Shown here: positions 17,908-20,830 of the stretch, piece by piece | Layout of the letters: every line of letters begins with the position of its first letter | Position numbering within the stretch: position 1 is the stretch's first letter | Sequence record: SRR31156797_1198 | Direction: 5' to 3' (one strand) | Length of the DNA stretch: 20,830 nt | The notes under the pieces: model-generated | What the model was told of the DNA's origin: nothing | Database searches by the model: none | What the model saw: only the letters and a program-made list of their open reading frames with translations | Made by a program: the position numbers and the translations under genes

Positions 17908-18489
17908 CTATGAACGTAACTTGTTCCATTCTTCTTCGGATAATTTTATGTATTTATAGCATGTACCTACAGAAACACCGCATTTTTCAGAAATATATTG
18001 AATCGTTTCTTTTTTTTCGTAGTACAATTGACGGATTTTTTTAATCGTTTTTGGATCGATCTTTGGACGACCGCCAATTTTGCCTTTTTTGCGGGCTTTA
18101 TTTAAGCCGACCAGCGTGCGCTCTTTGATGAGTGAGCGTTCCATGATCGCAAGTCCTTCCATCAAATTGAAGTAAACCTGTCCCATCGGACCGCGGGTAT
18201 CGATTTGTTCTGCCAGTGAAACCAGATGAAGCTCTCGCTGTTTTAATAGATCCGTGAGATCGGTCAGCTGTCTGGTCGTCTTCCCTAAACGATGCAGTTC
18301 CGTAACGACTAAGGTGTCACCGGGCTGCATTTGTGCCACCACTGACTCCAATGAATGATTTTCTTCACTTTCTTCCACGCTAAATGTCTCATGGAAAAAT
18401 TCATGACACCCAAATTCTTCGAGCTTGTTTAATTGTTCACTTGTTGAGTTATCGGTGATCGTTGAACGAGCATAGCCTATGATTTTCAT
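17908..18489 (-). CDS. Small serine recombinase (resolvase/invertase) family protein with an atypical active-site motif
   Basis: Start moved from 18741 to ATG 18489 (GGAGG RBS), 193 aa. N-terminal IIGYARS, GDTLVVTELHRLGK, helix E ERSLIKERT..G...A, GGRPK hinge and a C-terminal Hin-type HTH (ISEKCGVSVGTCYKY). Confidence 0.88.
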   Translation of the reverse strand: MKIIGYARSTITDNSTSEQLNKLEEFGCHEFFHETFSVEESEENHSLESVVAQMQPGDTLVVTELHRLGKTTRQLTDLTDLLKQRELHLVSLAEQIDTRGPMGQVYFNLMEGLAIMERSLIKERTLVGLNKARKKGKIGGRPKIDPKTIKKIRQLYYEKKETIQYISEKCGVSVGTCYKYIKLSEEEWNKLRS

Positions 18490-18599
18490 AAACCCTCCTA
18501 CCTTTCCCTTTTTATTGAATGTATCATAATTATTTCTTAAATGATAGGGTAATTTGCACAAAAAATAATAAAAATTAAGTCGATTGAAGAAAAATAACG

Positions 18600-18633
18600 A
18601 AAAAAAGAGAAGCATTTTTGCTTCTCCTTTTTT
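18600..18633 (-). terminator. Rho-independent terminator of rpiA (potentially bidirectional)
   Basis: GAGAAGCA-TTTT-TGCTTCTC stem flanked by an A run on the left and a T run on the right. Confidence 0.8.
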
Positions 18634-18640
18634 GTTTCCT

Positions 18641-19315
18641 TTATCTAACGTGCTTGGTACTCGGTCCTTCAGGCAATCCGACAATGATCGTATGAACCAT
18701 ATCCAAAAACAGACCGTGTTCAACCACGCCCACTGTAGCATCTAATTCCTGTGCCAACTCAGTAGGAGCGGTGATCGTTTCTAGATGAAGATCGATGATG
18801 TAATTGCTGCAATCGGTTTTTAAAGGTTCGCCTTCTTCATTCAGACGCAGTTTTGGATGGTAGTTTTTCTTCTCGAACAGACGCAACAGCTGTTGGCTGC
18901 CATAAGGGATCACTTCCACTGGCAACGGGAAGGCACCAAGTGTTTCGACCATTTTCGATTCATCAACGATCCACAAAACTTTTTTGGAGTTAGACGCCAC
19001 GATTTTTTCGAATAAAAGGGCTGCACCGCCGCCTTTGATGCCATGATAATCCTTGCTGATCTCATCTGCACCGTCGATCGTTAGATCCACAGCGTCCACT
19101 TCATCGATGGTGCGAATCGGGATACCTAATCCTTCTGCTTGTTTTTTCGATGCCCAAGAAGTTGGGACACCAGTGATCGATAGACCTTCTTCTTTTACAC
19201 GTCGACCCAGTTCTTCAATCATGTAGTAGGCTGTTGAGCCAGTGCCCAAGCCAACGACCATGCCATCTTTTACATAACTAGCCGCTTCAATGCCGACCAT
19301 TTCTTTTAGGTTCAT
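18641..19315 (-). CDS. rpiA: Ribose-5-phosphate isomerase A
   Basis: 224 aa with [34 protein letters not shown] and GVVEHGLF. Confidence 0.97.
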   Translation of the reverse strand: MNLKEMVGIEAASYVKDGMVVGLGTGSTAYYMIEELGRRVKEEGLSITGVPTSWASKKQAEGLGIPIRTIDEVDAVDLTIDGADEISKDYHGIKGGGAALLFEKIVASNSKKVLWIVDESKMVETLGAFPLPVEVIPYGSQQLLRLFEKKNYHPKLRLNEEGEPLKTDCSNYIIDLHLETITAPTELAQELDATVGVVEHGLFLDMVHTIIVGLPEGPSTKHVR

Positions 19316-19427
19316 TTTCTTCCCGCCTTTTTTAAATAAATGCTTTGTCTCTATTATATAGGAAGAAGCGCAAAATTTGCGGATTTTTTCGTAACAGATT
19401 TCTTTTGAAAAAAGCTTGGGAGGATAC

Positions 19428-19456
19428 TTGACAGGTAAGAATAAGCATGATATTCT
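19428..19456 (+). promoter_or_regulatory. Sigma-A promoter of the str operon
   Basis: TTGACA (19428-19433), 17 nt spacer, TATTCT (19451-19456) with an extended TG at 19448-19449. Confidence 0.8.
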
Positions 19457-19619
19457 ATCAAAGGTGCTTTATCTACAGGTCTCTCGTTGGAGACGTGCTG
19501 ACTGTCTATCAAAGCATAGTTGATATGAATGCAGAGAATGCATTATTTTTTATCGCAAAAAAAGAACCACCTGGATGTGTGGGACTATAAAGCGAATCAA
19601 GGAAGGAGGACAACTAGGG

Positions 19620-20033
19620 ATGCCTACAATTAATCAATTAGTACGTAAACCTCGTAAATCCAAGGTTGAAAAATCAAATTCACCAGCATTGAACAAAGGA
19701 TATAACAGTTTCAAGAAAGCTCAAACGAATGTTAACTCACCTCAAAAGCGTGGGGTAGCTACTCGTGTGGGAACTATGACACCGAAAAAACCGAACTCAG
19801 CTCTACGTAAATATGCGCGTGTTCGTTTGTCAAACTTGATTGAAGTGACAGCTTATATTCCAGGTATCGGACACAACTTACAAGAACACAGCGTGGTCTT
19901 GTTACGTGGTGGACGTGTAAAAGACTTACCAGGGGTACGTTACCATATCGTTCGTGGTGCATTGGATACTGCCGGTGTTAACGATCGTAAACAATCTCGT
20001 TCTAAATATGGTACAAAACGTCCTAAAGCTTAA
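19620..20033 (+). CDS. rpsL: 30S ribosomal protein S12
   Basis: Start moved to ATG 19620 (AGGAGG RBS), 137 aa. [21 protein letters not shown] and [12 protein letters not shown]. Confidence 0.99.
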   Translation: MPTINQLVRKPRKSKVEKSNSPALNKGYNSFKKAQTNVNSPQKRGVATRVGTMTPKKPNSALRKYARVRLSNLIEVTAYIPGIGHNLQEHSVVLLRGGRVKDLPGVRYHIVRGALDTAGVNDRKQSRSKYGTKRPKA

Positions 20034-20103
20034 TCTTTAAGACAAACAGATCAAATGAATCTTATTTAAATCAGAACTGATATCTCGGAAGGAGGAGTTA
20101 CGG

Positions 20104-20574
20104 ATGCCTCGTAAAGGTCCTGTTGCAAAACGTGATGTTTTACCAGATCCTATTTATAACTCAAAATTAGTAACTCGTTTGATCAACCGTGTAATGGTTG
20201 ATGGTAAACGCGGTGTTGCTGCAAATATTATCTACAATGCTTTTGGCATTATCAAAGAATCTACAGGAAATGATCCATTGGAAGTTTTCGAACAAGCAAT
20301 GAAAAACATTATGCCTGTATTGGAAGTTAAAGCTCGCCGTGTCGGTGGTTCTAACTACCAAGTACCAGTAGAAGTACGTCCTGAACGTCGTACAACTCTA
20401 GGTCTTCGTTGGGTGGTAAACTACGCTCGTTTGCGTGGCGAACACACAATGGAAGAACGTCTTGCAAAAGAAATCATGGATGCAGCAAACAACACTGGTG
20501 CTTCTGTGAAAAAACGCGAAGACACACACAAAATGGCGGAAGCCAACCGCGCATTTGCTCACTATCGTTGGTAA
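20104..20574 (+). CDS. rpsG: 30S ribosomal protein S7
   Basis: 156 aa, MPRKGPV...[11 protein letters not shown]...[12 protein letters not shown]. Confidence 0.99.
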   Translation: MPRKGPVAKRDVLPDPIYNSKLVTRLINRVMVDGKRGVAANIIYNAFGIIKESTGNDPLEVFEQAMKNIMPVLEVKARRVGGSNYQVPVEVRPERRTTLGLRWVVNYARLRGEHTMEERLAKEIMDAANNTGASVKKREDTHKMAEANRAFAHYRW

Positions 20575-20654
20575 GATCCTCACTGCTTTTTATTGGAAGG
20601 TACTGAGACAACCTTAGCTTAAGTTAAGTAAGAATGAGAGGGGAACAACCTAGA

Positions 20655-20830
20655 ATGGCAAGAGAATTTTCGCTAGAAAAAACTCGTAATATCGGGATCA
20701 TGGCCCACGTTGACGCTGGTAAAACAACGACAACTGAACGTATCCTTTATTACACAGGTAAAATCCATAAAATTGGTGAAACACATGAAGGTGCTTCTCA
20801 AATGGACTGGATGGAACAAGAACAAGAACG
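20655..20830 (+). CDS. fusA: Elongation factor G (5' part; runs off the window)
   Basis: Translated by hand: [35 protein letters not shown]...MDWMEQEQE; directly follows rpsG. Confidence 0.98.

Noticed and set aside
17760..18640. Transposon or invertible segment around the recombinase
   Set aside because: No transposase, terminal inverted repeats, target duplications or paired hix-like sites are visible; the flanks are housekeeping genes.
18490..18741. 84-aa N-terminal extension of the recombinase in the ORF track
   Set aside because: It overlaps rpiA and its terminator; a GGAGG RBS and the family N-terminus place the start at 18489.
19620..20033. Streptomycin-resistance allele of rpsL
   Set aside because: The TPKKPNS and RVKDLP lysines are wild type.
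20613..20628. Near-palindrome CTTAGCTTAAGTTAAG between rpsG and fusA
   Set aside because: Short and AT-rich; could be a processing hairpin but cannot be distinguished from chance.

Overview
Core-genome segment of a low-GC Firmicute, most likely an Enterococcus (gene order and codon style suggest the E. casseliflavus/gallinarum group; this is inference). Left to right: guaA (partial, -), coaA (-), a small class I SAM methyltransferase (+), a LacI-family regulator (+), a complete nucleoside uptake and catabolism cluster (pdp, deoC, cdd, BMP-family lipoprotein, ABC ATPase, two permeases, deoB, punA, deoD), an iron-type alcohol dehydrogenase (+), an SGNH esterase (-), gpmA (-), a lone serine-recombinase-family gene (-), rpiA (-), and the start of the str operon (rpsL, rpsG, partial fusA). 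I found no transposase, phage gene, CRISPR array, tRNA or rRNA, and no clearly new multi-gene system. The best leads are: (i) the orphan resolvase-like protein with a remodelled catalytic motif; (ii) a ~115-nt rod-like hairpin after deoD; (iii) a structured coaA/methyltransferase intergenic region with two copies of a palindrome; (iv) a motif shared by the deoB and rpiA promoters; (v) the tandem-promoter/operator layout upstream of pdp.
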